A stretch of DNA of 54,761 nt from an uncultured bacterium (lineage in GTDB: Bacteria > Deinococcota > Deinococci > Deinococcales > Trueperaceae), in assembly GCA_964634665.1 (NCBI GenBank), contig CAZWJZ010000002.1:1-54761 (forward strand), given 5' to 3'. The translations under genes were made by a program, and so were the position numbers. Below the pieces are notes generated by a model. It did no database searches. It was not told where the DNA came from and saw nothing but the letters and a program-made list of their open reading frames with translations. Below are positions 37,370-47,107 of this stretch, piece after piece (within the stretch, counting starts at the first letter, position 1; each line of letters opens with the position of its first letter).

Positions 37370-37962
37370 TAGCAAAATCTAAACTGACTCTTAAGCTGCT
37401 AGCACCTTACTTAGCGGTTACTATTTTTTGCTTGGGCTATCAAAACGCATGGTTAAGCATTTTGGTTTATCATGCTCAAATTTTGTTCTGGTCAAAAGAC
37501 CAAGCCAAACTGCTTCTTAAAGGCTTTACTAAGCAAGGTTTTGTTAGTTTTGCGCTACCTTGTTTAGCTACGGGGCTTATGGCTTACTTCTTACTACCTT
37601 TTATGTACCCTGAAGCTGCCTTAGCTGCATGGTTAGCTAGCTACAAACTTGAAGGGCTTGCCTTGCTGCTTATGATTCCTTACTTTGGAGTTATTCATCC
37701 GCCTTTAGAGCAAATGCATTGGGCTGAGTTAAGAGAAAACCAAGGGCTTTTGGCACACGTGTGTTTTGCTGGTTATCACGCAATAGTTTTGTTCAGTTTA
37801 CTCAATGCTATCTGCTTAGCGTTGGTAGTCGTAGTTTTGCTTAGCGTGTCTATGCTTTGGGCTTGGATGCATAAACGCTACCAAGGTTTAGCCATTCCTG
37901 CCTTAACGCACATCTTTGCAGATGCAGGGATTATAGTGGCAGCATTCTTTCTTGTAAATTAA
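37366..37962 (+). CDS. Polytopic membrane protein, possibly a CPBP-family intramembrane protease
   Basis: Weak motif matches (LEQMHWAELRE, FAGYH, THIFAD). TTG start overlapping the aroE stop. Confidence 0.45.
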   Translation: MIAKSKLTLKLLAPYLAVTIFCLGYQNAWLSILVYHAQILFWSKDQAKLLLKGFTKQGFVSFALPCLATGLMAYFLLPFMYPEAALAAWLASYKLEGLALLLMIPYFGVIHPPLEQMHWAELRENQGLLAHVCFAGYHAIVLFSLLNAICLALVVVVLLSVSMLWAWMHKRYQGLAIPALTHIFADAGIIVAAFFLVN

Positions 37963-38045
37963 AAGCCATCACAAAAATCGCTTTTCTTTACGCATTACAG
38001 CTTTATATCCGAATCTTGCTTTAGAATTAGATAACTTTAAGAACG

Positions 38046-38726
38046 CTACAGGTAATCAATAACCAGCACTCGAGTGCTTTCAGGTAGGTTCTCTTTGGTT
38101 ATTTCAGCGGTATCAGAAAAAGCAAAATCAACGTCACTATCATCAAAGTGACTCAAAAACTCTGCAATCCAAAAAGAATCACGAGGAATATAGCGCAGGG
38201 TTCTAAAATGCATAGGAATAAGCAGTTTAGGCTTGACCTCTTTAATGACATCCATTAAGGCATCATGCGCAATCACAGGAAAACCACCCGCCAACGCAAG
38301 CAGAACATCAACCCCACGAAAAAACTCGAGTTGTTCAGGGGTAAAAGGATTGCCCGTATCTCCCATATGACCCACACTTACACCGTCAACCGTGAAGCGG
38401 TACATACCGTTATCATCAGGATGCTGACTAGGATGATCAACATGCTCACGTGATTCAACCGCTGTAAAGGTTACGCCGTGAGCTGTTTGGGACACGCCAC
38501 TTTTAGCAAGATCAAGCGCAGTAATAACAGTCGTACTTTCCTTTTGAGGTACTAAATCAGCTTGGCAATGAAAACTATCATTATCTGAAGAGCGAATAAT
38601 AATGTCAGCCGCTTCAGGAAAAGGTTTATAGCCTGAGGTTTTTGGGTCATAAGGGTCAGTTACTATAAGAATGCCTGAGCTTGTGCGTATGCCAAAACTT
38701 GCCTGACCATACCAACTAATCTTCAT
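38046..38726 (-). CDS. MBL-fold metallo-hydrolase (UPF0173-like)
   Basis: MKISWYGQASFGI start, about 226 aa. Confidence 0.7.
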   Translation of the reverse strand: MKISWYGQASFGIRTSSGILIVTDPYDPKTSGYKPFPEAADIIIRSSDNDSFHCQADLVPQKESTTVITALDLAKSGVSQTAHGVTFTAVESREHVDHPSQHPDDNGMYRFTVDGVSVGHMGDTGNPFTPEQLEFFRGVDVLLALAGGFPVIAHDALMDVIKEVKPKLLIPMHFRTLRYIPRDSFWIAEFLSHFDDSDVDFAFSDTAEITKENLPESTRVLVIDYL

Positions 38727-38798
38727 ACTTTGCCTTTCAAGCTGATCTTGTTTTGTGCCTTAAATTAGCATAAATTCTTCTTGATTTAGGTTATGAAC

Positions 38799-39779
38799 TT
38801 AAGCTTTTGCTTTAGCATCAAAGCTAATAACAACTTTACCTCGAGCTCGACTTGTTTCAAGGTAAGTAATTGCCTCAGGAATGTCAGTGAAGGCATAGCT
38901 TTTATCGATAACAGTTGTAACTTTGTCAGTTTCAAAAAGTTCATTCATAAATTGCAAATCCGCTTGCTTCACTTTAGCAAGTACGGGAGCTATCTTTTGC
39001 CCACTTGTAAAAGAACGCCACGACCCTAAGGTCATAACTTGAAACATTCTTGCAAAGGTTGTAAACCCAATAACCACAGCTCGACCTTTATGTTTTAAGG
39101 CACGCTTGTAGTCTGCCACTGAGCAATTACCCACAGCATCAAACATAAGGTCATAGCTATGAGCACTTTGACGAAAGTCTTCTTGTGTGTAATCAATGAC
39201 CATATCAGCACCTAAAGAGCGCACTAGTTCAACATTGCGTGTACTACAAACAGCAGTAACATGAGTACCAAAGAATTTAGCAATTTGAACAGCAAATGTA
39301 CCCACACCACCTGACGCACCATTAATAAGCACCTTCTGACCCGCTTGAATCGCACCATGATTACGTAAGCCTTGCAAAGCGGTAAGCGCAGCCACAGGCA
39401 CAGCAGCAGCTTGCTCAAAAGATAAACTGCTGGGTTTTAAAACCAAGCTACTCTCAGTTGCACAAACATAATCAGCAAAGCCTCCCCTCATGACATCTCC
39501 ATAAACCTCATCCCCAACTTTGAACTGAGTTACGTTTTCTCCTACAGCCTCAACACGCCCAGCAATGTCTGCCCCCAAAATGCTGTTTTTGGGTTTAAAC
39601 AGACCAGACTCGAAACGCGCTAAGAAGGGTTCACCCCTCATAGCATGCCAATCAAGCGGATTTACAGATGCCGCTTTAACTCTAATAAGCACCTCAGCCT
39701 CTTTAGGGCTTGGTTTTTCTAAGTCTTGTAGCTCGAGTACCTCTGCTGAGCCATACTTAGTATAAATATACGCTTTTAT
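38799..39779 (-). CDS. NAD(P)H quinone oxidoreductase / zinc-type alcohol dehydrogenase-like protein, probably initiating at ATA
   Basis: INGASGGVGTFAVQIAK. The conserved N-terminus (I)KAYIYTKYGSAEVLELQDLEKPSPKEAEV is in frame upstream of the first canonical start (GTG at 39692). AAGGAGG lies 6 nt before ATA at 39779. Confidence 0.7.
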   Translation of the reverse strand: MKAYIYTKYGSAEVLELQDLEKPSPKEAEVLIRVKAASVNPLDWHAMRGEPFLARFESGLFKPKNSILGADIAGRVEAVGENVTQFKVGDEVYGDVMRGGFADYVCATESSLVLKPSSLSFEQAAAVPVAALTALQGLRNHGAIQAGQKVLINGASGGVGTFAVQIAKFFGTHVTAVCSTRNVELVRSLGADMVIDYTQEDFRQSAHSYDLMFDAVGNCSVADYKRALKHKGRAVVIGFTTFARMFQVMTLGSWRSFTSGQKIAPVLAKVKQADLQFMNELFETDKVTTVIDKSYAFTDIPEAITYLETSRARGKVVISFDAKAKA

Positions 39780-39980
39780 GATGAGCCTCCTTACTTGCCT
39801 TGTTGATTTATGCTACAAGTACAAGGACTAAAAAGCTTCCTACGAAAGTTGTGTATTTGAGTTCTAAATTGCGCATAGTAGTTGCCAACTGCATCCACAA
39901 AGACTAACAGATAAACTACAAGCCAAGTTATCTTTTTTGCATGCCAAGTAGCTCTTCACCTTAGCTTTATGATTGAGTGT

Positions 39981-41240
39981 TTAAGTAACAACAACGCTCG
40001 CCTTAGCGTATTTTTTATAAAGCTTAGTTTGCATGATTTCTTCTATACGATTTACTGCCGTATAAATGTCACTAAATGAGGTGTAGAGCGGAGCTACGCC
40101 CAGACGAATATTATCAGGCGGACGAAAGTCGGGAATAATATTTTTGTCTTTAATCATGGCTAAATCAATGCCAAGCCCTTGCGGATGCCCAAAAGAAACA
40201 TGTGAACCACGCCATTGCGCTTCGCTGGGTGTTTTTAATTTAAAACCATACTGAGCTAGTTTCTCTTCATAAAGCTTTATGAGGAAAGTAGTCTGCTTTA
40301 TGCTTTTTTCCCGAATGGCTTTCATACCAACCTCAATCAGAAGGTCAATACCGGGCTCCATAAGCTCTAAAGAAGCAACGGTGGGTGTACCTGTTAAAAA
40401 ACTTTGCAAGCTGTTATCAGCCTCATAACTCAAGGCAAAATCAAAAAGGTTTTTCTTGCCCATCCAACCCGGAATGGGGTTTATAAGTTTATCTTGCAGA
40501 TCTTCACGAATATAGATAAAGGCAGGTGCACCCGGACCACCATTAAGATACTTATAAGTACAGCCAATCGCTAAATCTGCATTGGCTTTATTTAAATCAA
40601 TATCAACAGAACCAACTGAGTGACTTAAATCCCACAAGGCGAGCGCACCCACACTATGCGCAGCTGCAGTTAAAGCTTGCATGTCATAAGTGTAGCCACT
40701 CTTAAAAACGGTATGCGTTAGGCTAAGCAATGATGTACTTTCATTTAAACTTGCCTTGATTTTTTCAACAGGCGCATAAATGCCATCTTCAGAACTAACA
40801 ATTTGCATGTCATGATTTTTATCTAAAATATCAATAGCACCCTGCATGACATAAAGATCAGAAGGAAAATTAAGATCATCCGTCACAATGCCTGTACGCT
40901 TTGTTTGATGCCTAAGGGCAGCAACAACCAACTTAAATAAATTAATGCTGGTTGAGTCTGCCACAATAACCTCATGAGGTTTCGCACCAATGAGCTGAGC
41001 AATCTTTGCGCCAATACGTTTAGGCGCTTCAAACCAACCCTCATTCCAACTGCGAATTAACCTGTCCGCCCATTGCTGTTGAATGAGCGTATCAGCCTTT
41101 GCAAGCGTAGCCTTAGGAAGACGACCCAGAGAATTACCATCTAGATAAATAAGATCATCATCAGGAATAACAAAATGGTTTTTATAAGCTGCTAGTGAAT
41201 CATTAGCATCTTGCTCTTTAGCGTAGTCACTGCTCATCAT
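39981..41240 (-). CDS. kynU: Kynureninase
   Basis: YLDGNSLG start and overall class V aminotransferase-like kynureninase sequence, 419 aa. Confidence 0.88.
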   Translation of the reverse strand: MMSSDYAKEQDANDSLAAYKNHFVIPDDDLIYLDGNSLGRLPKATLAKADTLIQQQWADRLIRSWNEGWFEAPKRIGAKIAQLIGAKPHEVIVADSTSINLFKLVVAALRHQTKRTGIVTDDLNFPSDLYVMQGAIDILDKNHDMQIVSSEDGIYAPVEKIKASLNESTSLLSLTHTVFKSGYTYDMQALTAAAHSVGALALWDLSHSVGSVDIDLNKANADLAIGCTYKYLNGGPGAPAFIYIREDLQDKLINPIPGWMGKKNLFDFALSYEADNSLQSFLTGTPTVASLELMEPGIDLLIEVGMKAIREKSIKQTTFLIKLYEEKLAQYGFKLKTPSEAQWRGSHVSFGHPQGLGIDLAMIKDKNIIPDFRPPDNIRLGVAPLYTSFSDIYTAVNRIEEIMQTKLYKKYAKASVVVT

Positions 41241-41248
41241 TATTTCAC

Positions 41249-42043
41249 CTATAACTTAGAACGAATTTCCCACAAATCAGGAAAAAGGGGCTTCAGGGTA
41301 GCCTGCAAATAGTTTACGCCACTCGAGCCACCCGTTCCTAATTTATGACCAATGGTTCTTTCAACCATTTTGACGTGCCTGTAACGCCACTCTTGCATGC
41401 CTTCATCAAAGTCAAGCAGATTCTCACAAAGCGCAGCCAGCTGCGGATTTGTGTTGTAAATAGTTATAAGGGCAGTTTGCATAGCTTCATTAGGGCTTAA
41501 CGCCACCGTGAAATCTTCTCTTGCTTCTAACGCGTAATTGTGCGCTTGCAGCAAAGTAATAAACGCATCCCAAAGACTAGCTTCTTTAAAGCGCTGCTCA
41601 AGCTTTAAGCGACCCTCACTACCCTCAGGATGATGATTCAAAAGCGCCTCACGTTTATAAGCAAGTAAAAACTCGAGCTCTCTAAACTGGTAAGATTGAA
41701 AGCCACTACTACTACCAAGCCGATCTCTAAAACTATTAAACTCTAAGGGGGTCATGGTTTCTAAAATATCCACTTGTGAGACAATGGTTTTTAAGATGCT
41801 CAGCATGCGCTTTAAGGTATGCATTGACCTTGTTACATCTTGCTTATTAAAGAGCGTTACAAGGTAATCGGTTTCATGTAGTAGTTGCTTGAACCATAAT
41901 TCGTAAACCTGATGAATAGTTATAAATAAGAGTTCATCATGTTCGTCTGATTCGCAATTCTGCAGGCTTAAGAGCTCATCTACAGCGAGGTAGCTGCTGT
42001 AGGTAATGGTTTTGCTACTGTCAAGATAAGTGTTTTTTGGCAT
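41249..42043 (-). CDS. kynA: Tryptophan 2,3-dioxygenase
   Basis: TYSSYLAVDELLSLQ and HDELLFITIHQVYELWFKQLLHE motifs. Confidence 0.9.
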   Translation of the reverse strand: MPKNTYLDSSKTITYSSYLAVDELLSLQNCESDEHDELLFITIHQVYELWFKQLLHETDYLVTLFNKQDVTRSMHTLKRMLSILKTIVSQVDILETMTPLEFNSFRDRLGSSSGFQSYQFRELEFLLAYKREALLNHHPEGSEGRLKLEQRFKEASLWDAFITLLQAHNYALEAREDFTVALSPNEAMQTALITIYNTNPQLAALCENLLDFDEGMQEWRYRHVKMVERTIGHKLGTGGSSGVNYLQATLKPLFPDLWEIRSKL

Positions 42044-42169
42044 AAGTTCCTTTAGTGCTTGCTTAACGATAGCTGCTAACGCTAAGAACGAGTATATAAA
42101 GTATTTGCGGGCATGTTTTCTTCACAAGCATCTAAACCTAGACTGGAGTATACAGCCTTAAACGTTACT

Positions 42170-43009
42170 TTAGCTTAAATTCACCAAGGCTTCACTTACC
42201 TCCCAGAGTTGTTTTTGAACTAATTCATCATAAGAAAATGCACTCGAGCGTTGCTCTTTACAATCAACAAAGTATTTGCCTGTTACACCTTCTACATCAG
42301 GAGAGCTTGCTAAGTAAATGCTTGTTTTTGCGCCTGTCTCTACATCTTTTGCAAAAATGTTAATGAGTCTTTTAAGGATTTTTCCAAAGATGGGAATGCT
42401 GTCTGCACCAATGTTTGTTGCAACAAAACCTGGATGTAATGCGTTCACGGTAATGCTTGTTGCTTTGAGCCTTCTAGCAAGTTCATAGCTAAACATAATG
42501 TTAGCGAGCTTTGATTGACTGTAAGCCTTCATAAGGCTATAGTTTTGTTCAAAACCAAGATCATTAAAATCTAGGTCTTTTACACTTTCATGAGCATTAG
42601 AAGCAACATTAACAACACGTGCTGATGATGACGCCTTAAGTCTATCTAGTAGCAACTGTGTTAGTAAGAAGTAGCCCAGATGATTAACTGCAAAGGTACG
42701 TTCAATCCCATCTTCTGTTTTTTGATAGGAAGTGAATATACTACCTGCATTATTAAGCAAAACATCTAAGTGAGTATATTTTGCCTTAATTGCCTCAGCT
42801 AAAGCATGCACCTGAGCTTGAGAAGCAAAATCACAAAGAAAGTAACTCACATCAGCATTAGGAGCATGCTCGATTAAGTAATTTAGCGTTGCAAGAGCTT
42901 TAGCTTCTGTACGTGTTGTAAACAGAACTTTGTGGCCTTGTTCAGCCAGAACTCGAGCGCTTACTTTGCCTATGCCTGAACTTGCGCCTGTTACAAGAAT
43001 AGTCTTCAT
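42170..43009 (-). CDS. Short-chain dehydrogenase/reductase
   Basis: VTGASSGIGK and YSQSK motifs. Confidence 0.85.
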   Translation of the reverse strand: MKTILVTGASSGIGKVSARVLAEQGHKVLFTTRTEAKALATLNYLIEHAPNADVSYFLCDFASQAQVHALAEAIKAKYTHLDVLLNNAGSIFTSYQKTEDGIERTFAVNHLGYFLLTQLLLDRLKASSSARVVNVASNAHESVKDLDFNDLGFEQNYSLMKAYSQSKLANIMFSYELARRLKATSITVNALHPGFVATNIGADSIPIFGKILKRLINIFAKDVETGAKTSIYLASSPDVEGVTGKYFVDCKEQRSSAFSYDELVQKQLWEVSEALVNLS

Positions 43010-43111
43010 GGTTTCTAGTGTAAGGTTTTTTTTCGGGTTCTGTCTTTAGGGTTTTTGTAATGCTTTGTCTATCATTCGTTTTTTAAACATCTTTTTACTT
43101 AGCTAGCTACT

Positions 43112-43939
43112 CTAACTAAACTCGAGTATGGCTTTAATCTGCTTTTCAACAACTCTCCACTGTGCTGTTGAAGCTACAACCAATTCAAAATGCCCTGAAT
43201 TATCTAAGCTAATAAGTTCAATCGTTTCAGCTCGAGCTTTTGCTTGCTTAACGTAGTTTTCAACATAGTCATGCGGTACCGTGTCATCTTGCCTGCCGTG
43301 TATAAAGACTTGCTTGCAATTTAAGGGTCCAAGCTGTGCAGGTGAGCCCTGCTGGTATCTTTTGGCTTGCTCACTTGGCGTGCCACCCATAAGCTGTACA
43401 GGGGCAGCGTCATCACAAATTTCTCTACGCACAGCCTCAGCTAAGTCAGGTATGCCTGCTAGGGAAATAAAGCCGGTTAACTTTAGGGGCATTTCACTGT
43501 AAAGCTCACTGTCTGCACTTAATTTTTCTCTAGCAGCTAACCAGTGAACCAAATGCCCACCGGCTGAGTGACCCACAGCAACAACACGCGAGGCATCAAG
43601 TGAGTACTCTTGAGCAATCGTTCTTATAAAATCGGCAGCTTTAGCAAGATCTAAAAAAGTTTCAGGATAGCCGCCGCCATTACCAATACGCCTGTACTCA
43701 ATATTAATAACAGCTAGCCCTAAGTCACTAAGCGCCTTTGCCGCTTGACCAAAATAATCTAAGCTAACGCGTGAGCGCCAGCAGCCCCCATGCACCAAAA
43801 GTACAATAGGGGCAGACGTTTTGCTTTCTGGTAAGTAAAGGTCAAGAAATTGACTTTCATTAGAACCATAAACCAATCGAGTTGAAGCGGATGCTTTAGC
43901 TAAGGCAAGTAAATCTTGAACGCTCATCATAGTAAGCAC
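43112..43939 (-). CDS. Alpha/beta hydrolase, candidate kynurenine (aryl)formamidase
   Basis: HGGCW oxyanion motif, GHSAGGHL nucleophile elbow, and kyn cluster context. The start may be the ATG at 43930. Confidence 0.65.
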   Translation of the reverse strand: MLTMMSVQDLLALAKASASTRLVYGSNESQFLDLYLPESKTSAPIVLLVHGGCWRSRVSLDYFGQAAKALSDLGLAVINIEYRRIGNGGGYPETFLDLAKAADFIRTIAQEYSLDASRVVAVGHSAGGHLVHWLAAREKLSADSELYSEMPLKLTGFISLAGIPDLAEAVRREICDDAAPVQLMGGTPSEQAKRYQQGSPAQLGPLNCKQVFIHGRQDDTVPHDYVENYVKQAKARAETIELISLDNSGHFELVVASTAQWRVVEKQIKAILEFS

Positions 43940-44122
43940 AGTTTACCTGCATAGGTGCTGTAATCAGGAAAACTGATTGTCTAATATTAGGTTTATGCGC
44001 CTTCATATAATTAAGACGAGTTTCCTATTTTGTAAAAGACTAGAAAGGTAGGTTCTCAGGGTAATTTTAGGTTGTAACATTAAAGCTCTACCTTTGTTTG
44101 ATATGAGTCAGGGAGCTACTAC

Positions 44123-44157
44123 AAAAAAGAGGATGCAGACTAAGGTGTCTGCATCCT
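44123..44157 (-). terminator. Intrinsic terminator of the VOC gene
   Basis: GGATGCAGAC-taaggt-GTCTGCATCC, then TTTTTT on the minus strand. Confidence 0.7.
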
Positions 44158-44182
44158 AAAAGGCTGGTTCTAACCTGTTTAG

Positions 44183-44554
44183 CTAGGTAATTGAGTGAAA
44201 ACCAATCCTATTACCCTCAGTGTCTTGAAAGAAAGCAATAAAGCCATTTTCACCAATGCTCGTTTTTTCTGCTAAGATTTTGCCACCTGCTGCTTCCACA
44301 CGGCTTAAAGGTACGCTTAAATCTTCGCCGCCATTTAAGTAAACAACACTACCAGAGTGACTTGGCTCATAAGCCATTTCAGCCCATTTAACCAGAGCGC
44401 CACCCACACCGTCACTATAAGGTAAAAAAGCCATCAGTGAACCACCCTCGTTAAGCATAGCTAAGTCATCTGCTAGTAAAACGCTACAGTAAAACGCTTT
44501 TGCTCTATCCATATCGCTAACAGGAATTTCGAACCAATTAATTGCACTAGCCAT
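44183..44554 (-). CDS. VOC/glyoxalase-family protein
   Basis: 123 aa. INWFEIPVSDMDRAKAFY start typical of the family. Confidence 0.8.
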   Translation of the reverse strand: MASAINWFEIPVSDMDRAKAFYCSVLLADDLAMLNEGGSLMAFLPYSDGVGGALVKWAEMAYEPSHSGSVVYLNGGEDLSVPLSRVEAAGGKILAEKTSIGENGFIAFFQDTEGNRIGFHSIT

Positions 44555-44660
44555 TTTTTGCCTCCAAGATGAACACCTGAACTAAGGCGCCTGCTGCCCC
44601 TTTTGTTCATCTACTTAAATATTAAGGCATGCTAGTGACAACGTTATGTCAGTAGGAAAA

Positions 44661-44710
44661 AGAAGATTAGAAAATTCTTTTTACTTTCTACCTTTCACTC
44701 ATAGCTCATT
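44661..44710 (+). repeat. Third copy of the head-plus-heptad element (degenerate)
   Basis: AGAAGATTAGAAAATTC head, then ACTTTCT ACCTTTC ACTCATA heptads. Compare 23384-23514. Confidence 0.5.
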
Positions 44711-44717
44711 GCTTTTG

Positions 44718-45971
44718 CTATGAATACCGCAACTCAAGACCCTTATTAGACTGCTCTAATTGCGCATTACAACCCAAGCGACGCAAAGACACAAACAGCA
44801 TTAAAGAAAACAAAGGTTCAGGCTTCAACCAACGCAAGCCCGTAACACCCAAATAAACTCGAGCTGCTCTTTTTAAGCGTAGTAAACGCCACTCGTAAAT
44901 AGGTTTAGATGCACTTTCTTCAGCTAATAAAGCCTGTACTTTTAAACCATCAAAAATATAATAAAGAGCCAAAATGAAACTTGGAAGCATCCAAACACAA
45001 TCAACAACAAGTTCACGAAAAAACACCATAAAACGATCTAAGCGAGGGCTACCCCGCTCGAGTACAATCTGTGACTCCCATATTAAGCGTTCTTGCTGAT
45101 TGGGTGCTTCTAAACTAAGGATTTGCTTAAAGGGGTTACAACGCTTCAAAAACAGCTTGAGTGTTTCAGTGCAATTAAGCTCTTGTGCTCTAGCAAACAA
45201 ATCATGCTGCGTGACACCCTTAGCTATAAGTAAGTCAAAATCAAGGTAATCTTGCGCTTTTAAAACCCAGTTATCAGCTGACCAACTACGGCTCATAACT
45301 AGCCCTACCAGTACCGAATCAACAAGGTTAGGTGTTAATACTTGCACACCCTCCCAGTCACGCAGTTCAGCATGCTGCCACACTGATTTCGTAATGGCAG
45401 ACTGAACACCCTGACGGGCATTTACTACATGCGTAACTTGAGCATGCACATCAAGCCGAATAGGGTAAGTCTCATGCTCCAAATGCAAAACCTCATGACT
45501 CACATGGGTTGCTGATGCTTTACTGGTTTCAACACCTGCCCGCCAACTTACCCGCCAACCCAAAGACTCAGCTTGCAACACCATAGCGTCAACATCAGCA
45601 GCATTAACCAGCAAATCAACATCACCATAACGACGCTTTGCAGCCACATCATAAAGAAACTCAGCTAAGAAAAAGCCTTTAAATACCAGCACATCAACAT
45701 AAGCATCTGCCCAAAGTTCAAACAAAGGTTTCAAACTCGCTTTTACCTTAAGATGATTCATGCTGGCAAACACAAAGTCATTATGCAAAGCACTACGCTT
45801 AAACTCGACTTCAGGCAGCACCGCATAAGCATAAGCAGCTAACTTATGCCGCCTTAAAACATCAGCATGAGGCGCAGCCAAAACATCCCCCAATAAGAAA
45901 AGCTCGAGCTGCTGTAAGTCTTCGGTGGTGTTGCTATGTTTTTGGGCACGTGGATGACGTAATGTAAGCAT
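44718..45971 (-). CDS. Nucleotidyltransferase, NTP_transf_5-like (Pol-beta superfamily)
   Basis: FKGFFLAEFLY..RRYGDVDLLV catalytic motif, 417 aa, own AAGGGA RBS. Confidence 0.7.
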   Translation of the reverse strand: MLTLRHPRAQKHSNTTEDLQQLELFLLGDVLAAPHADVLRRHKLAAYAYAVLPEVEFKRSALHNDFVFASMNHLKVKASLKPLFELWADAYVDVLVFKGFFLAEFLYDVAAKRRYGDVDLLVNAADVDAMVLQAESLGWRVSWRAGVETSKASATHVSHEVLHLEHETYPIRLDVHAQVTHVVNARQGVQSAITKSVWQHAELRDWEGVQVLTPNLVDSVLVGLVMSRSWSADNWVLKAQDYLDFDLLIAKGVTQHDLFARAQELNCTETLKLFLKRCNPFKQILSLEAPNQQERLIWESQIVLERGSPRLDRFMVFFRELVVDCVWMLPSFILALYYIFDGLKVQALLAEESASKPIYEWRLLRLKRAARVYLGVTGLRWLKPEPLFSLMLFVSLRRLGCNAQLEQSNKGLELRYS

Positions 45972-46031
45972 AGTGAGTCCCTTAAGTTGTTTTTATTAGT
46001 ATGTACTTAATGAGTATTTTTTTCAGTGACC

Positions 46032-46065
46032 AAAAAGAGCATCCCCAGTTGAGGATGCTCTTTTT
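46032..46065. terminator. Bidirectional intrinsic terminator ending the rSAM operon
   Basis: AAAAA-GAGCATCC-ccagttga-GGATGCTC-TTTTT. Confidence 0.7.
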
Positions 46066-46090
46066 GTAATAAATTCTAAATAGATGCTTA

Positions 46091-47107
46091 CTATACTTTT
46101 GTAACTTGAGCGTTTTCTAAATAATCAACCCAAGGGTTTTCAGGGAATTCTTTTAACCAGTCTAGTTTTTTGAAGTATTTACTGCAGTACCAGCAGGGGC
46201 TTTTGTCGTCTTCGTTGACACCATTTGCAAAGTGGGCCTTTTTGATTCGTTTTAGTTTCTCGTTGCCTGCTACGAGTTTTAAGAAGCCTTCTGTGAAACT
46301 CATGCTTTCTAGGTTGCCTACTATGTCGTCTTGGCTGGCTATGGGGCCGTGGCTACTTAAGTGACAGCATTTGGTTATGTTGCCTTGTGAGTCTATGTTG
46401 ACTTCCATCATGTTTAGCGGTGCGCAAGGAAAGAGTTGCTCTGTGCTAAAGCCTGGTGCCATGGCTATGGGGAGTGTTTTGGCGTAGTCTGCTTGTAGTT
46501 GCCAGATTTGTGCTTCTAGGTCTTTGCGTTCTGTTAGGCTTAAATCCCAGCCGTTGGCGGTTGTTATGGGGGAGTGCATAAGGTGCCCGAAGCGCAGGCC
46601 GCTGCTACCTAAACTTTGTATGAGTTCAGCGAGGTCTTTTAGTTCATGTTGATTGTGTTTGGTTATGACCATGTTGTTTGTAAAAGGAATGTTTAGGTCT
46701 TTGGCTAGCTTCATGGCATTTATGACTTGCTTATAAGAGTGCTTGCCGCGTAGTGCGCCGTGGGTTTCTTGACTGGCACCGTCTAGGCTGAAGGTTATTT
46801 GCTCTAAGTTAGCTAGGTAAGGCAAGATTTTTTTGTGGGAGCTTGCAAAGTTATAGCCGTTGGTAACAAAGCTAAAGCGGTAGGTGTGGGCTTTGACTTT
46901 GGCGAGAAGTTCATCGAAGTACTTGTAAACGGTGGGGTCGCCCCCTGTGAAGGTAAGGTGTTCAAAGCCTAGGCGTTTTGCTTGATTAAAGACGTTTTCT
47001 AGTAGCTCTAAACTTAAGTCATCATTGCCACCATGACGCCCTGAGAAGCAGTGCTGGCAGGCTAAGTTGCAGCGATTTGTGAGTTCTATGACAATGCGTT
47101 TACTCAT
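46091..47107 (-). CDS. Radical SAM enzyme with a SPASM-like Cys-rich C-terminal domain
   Basis: CNLACQHC (CX3CX2C) at residues 12-19, GGDP, and C-terminal CAPL..CCHLS..CWYC cysteines. Confidence 0.88.
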   Translation of the reverse strand: MSKRIVIELTNRCNLACQHCFSGRHGGNDDLSLELLENVFNQAKRLGFEHLTFTGGDPTVYKYFDELLAKVKAHTYRFSFVTNGYNFASSHKKILPYLANLEQITFSLDGASQETHGALRGKHSYKQVINAMKLAKDLNIPFTNNMVITKHNQHELKDLAELIQSLGSSGLRFGHLMHSPITTANGWDLSLTERKDLEAQIWQLQADYAKTLPIAMAPGFSTEQLFPCAPLNMMEVNIDSQGNITKCCHLSSHGPIASQDDIVGNLESMSFTEGFLKLVAGNEKLKRIKKAHFANGVNEDDKSPCWYCSKYFKKLDWLKEFPENPWVDYLENAQVTKV

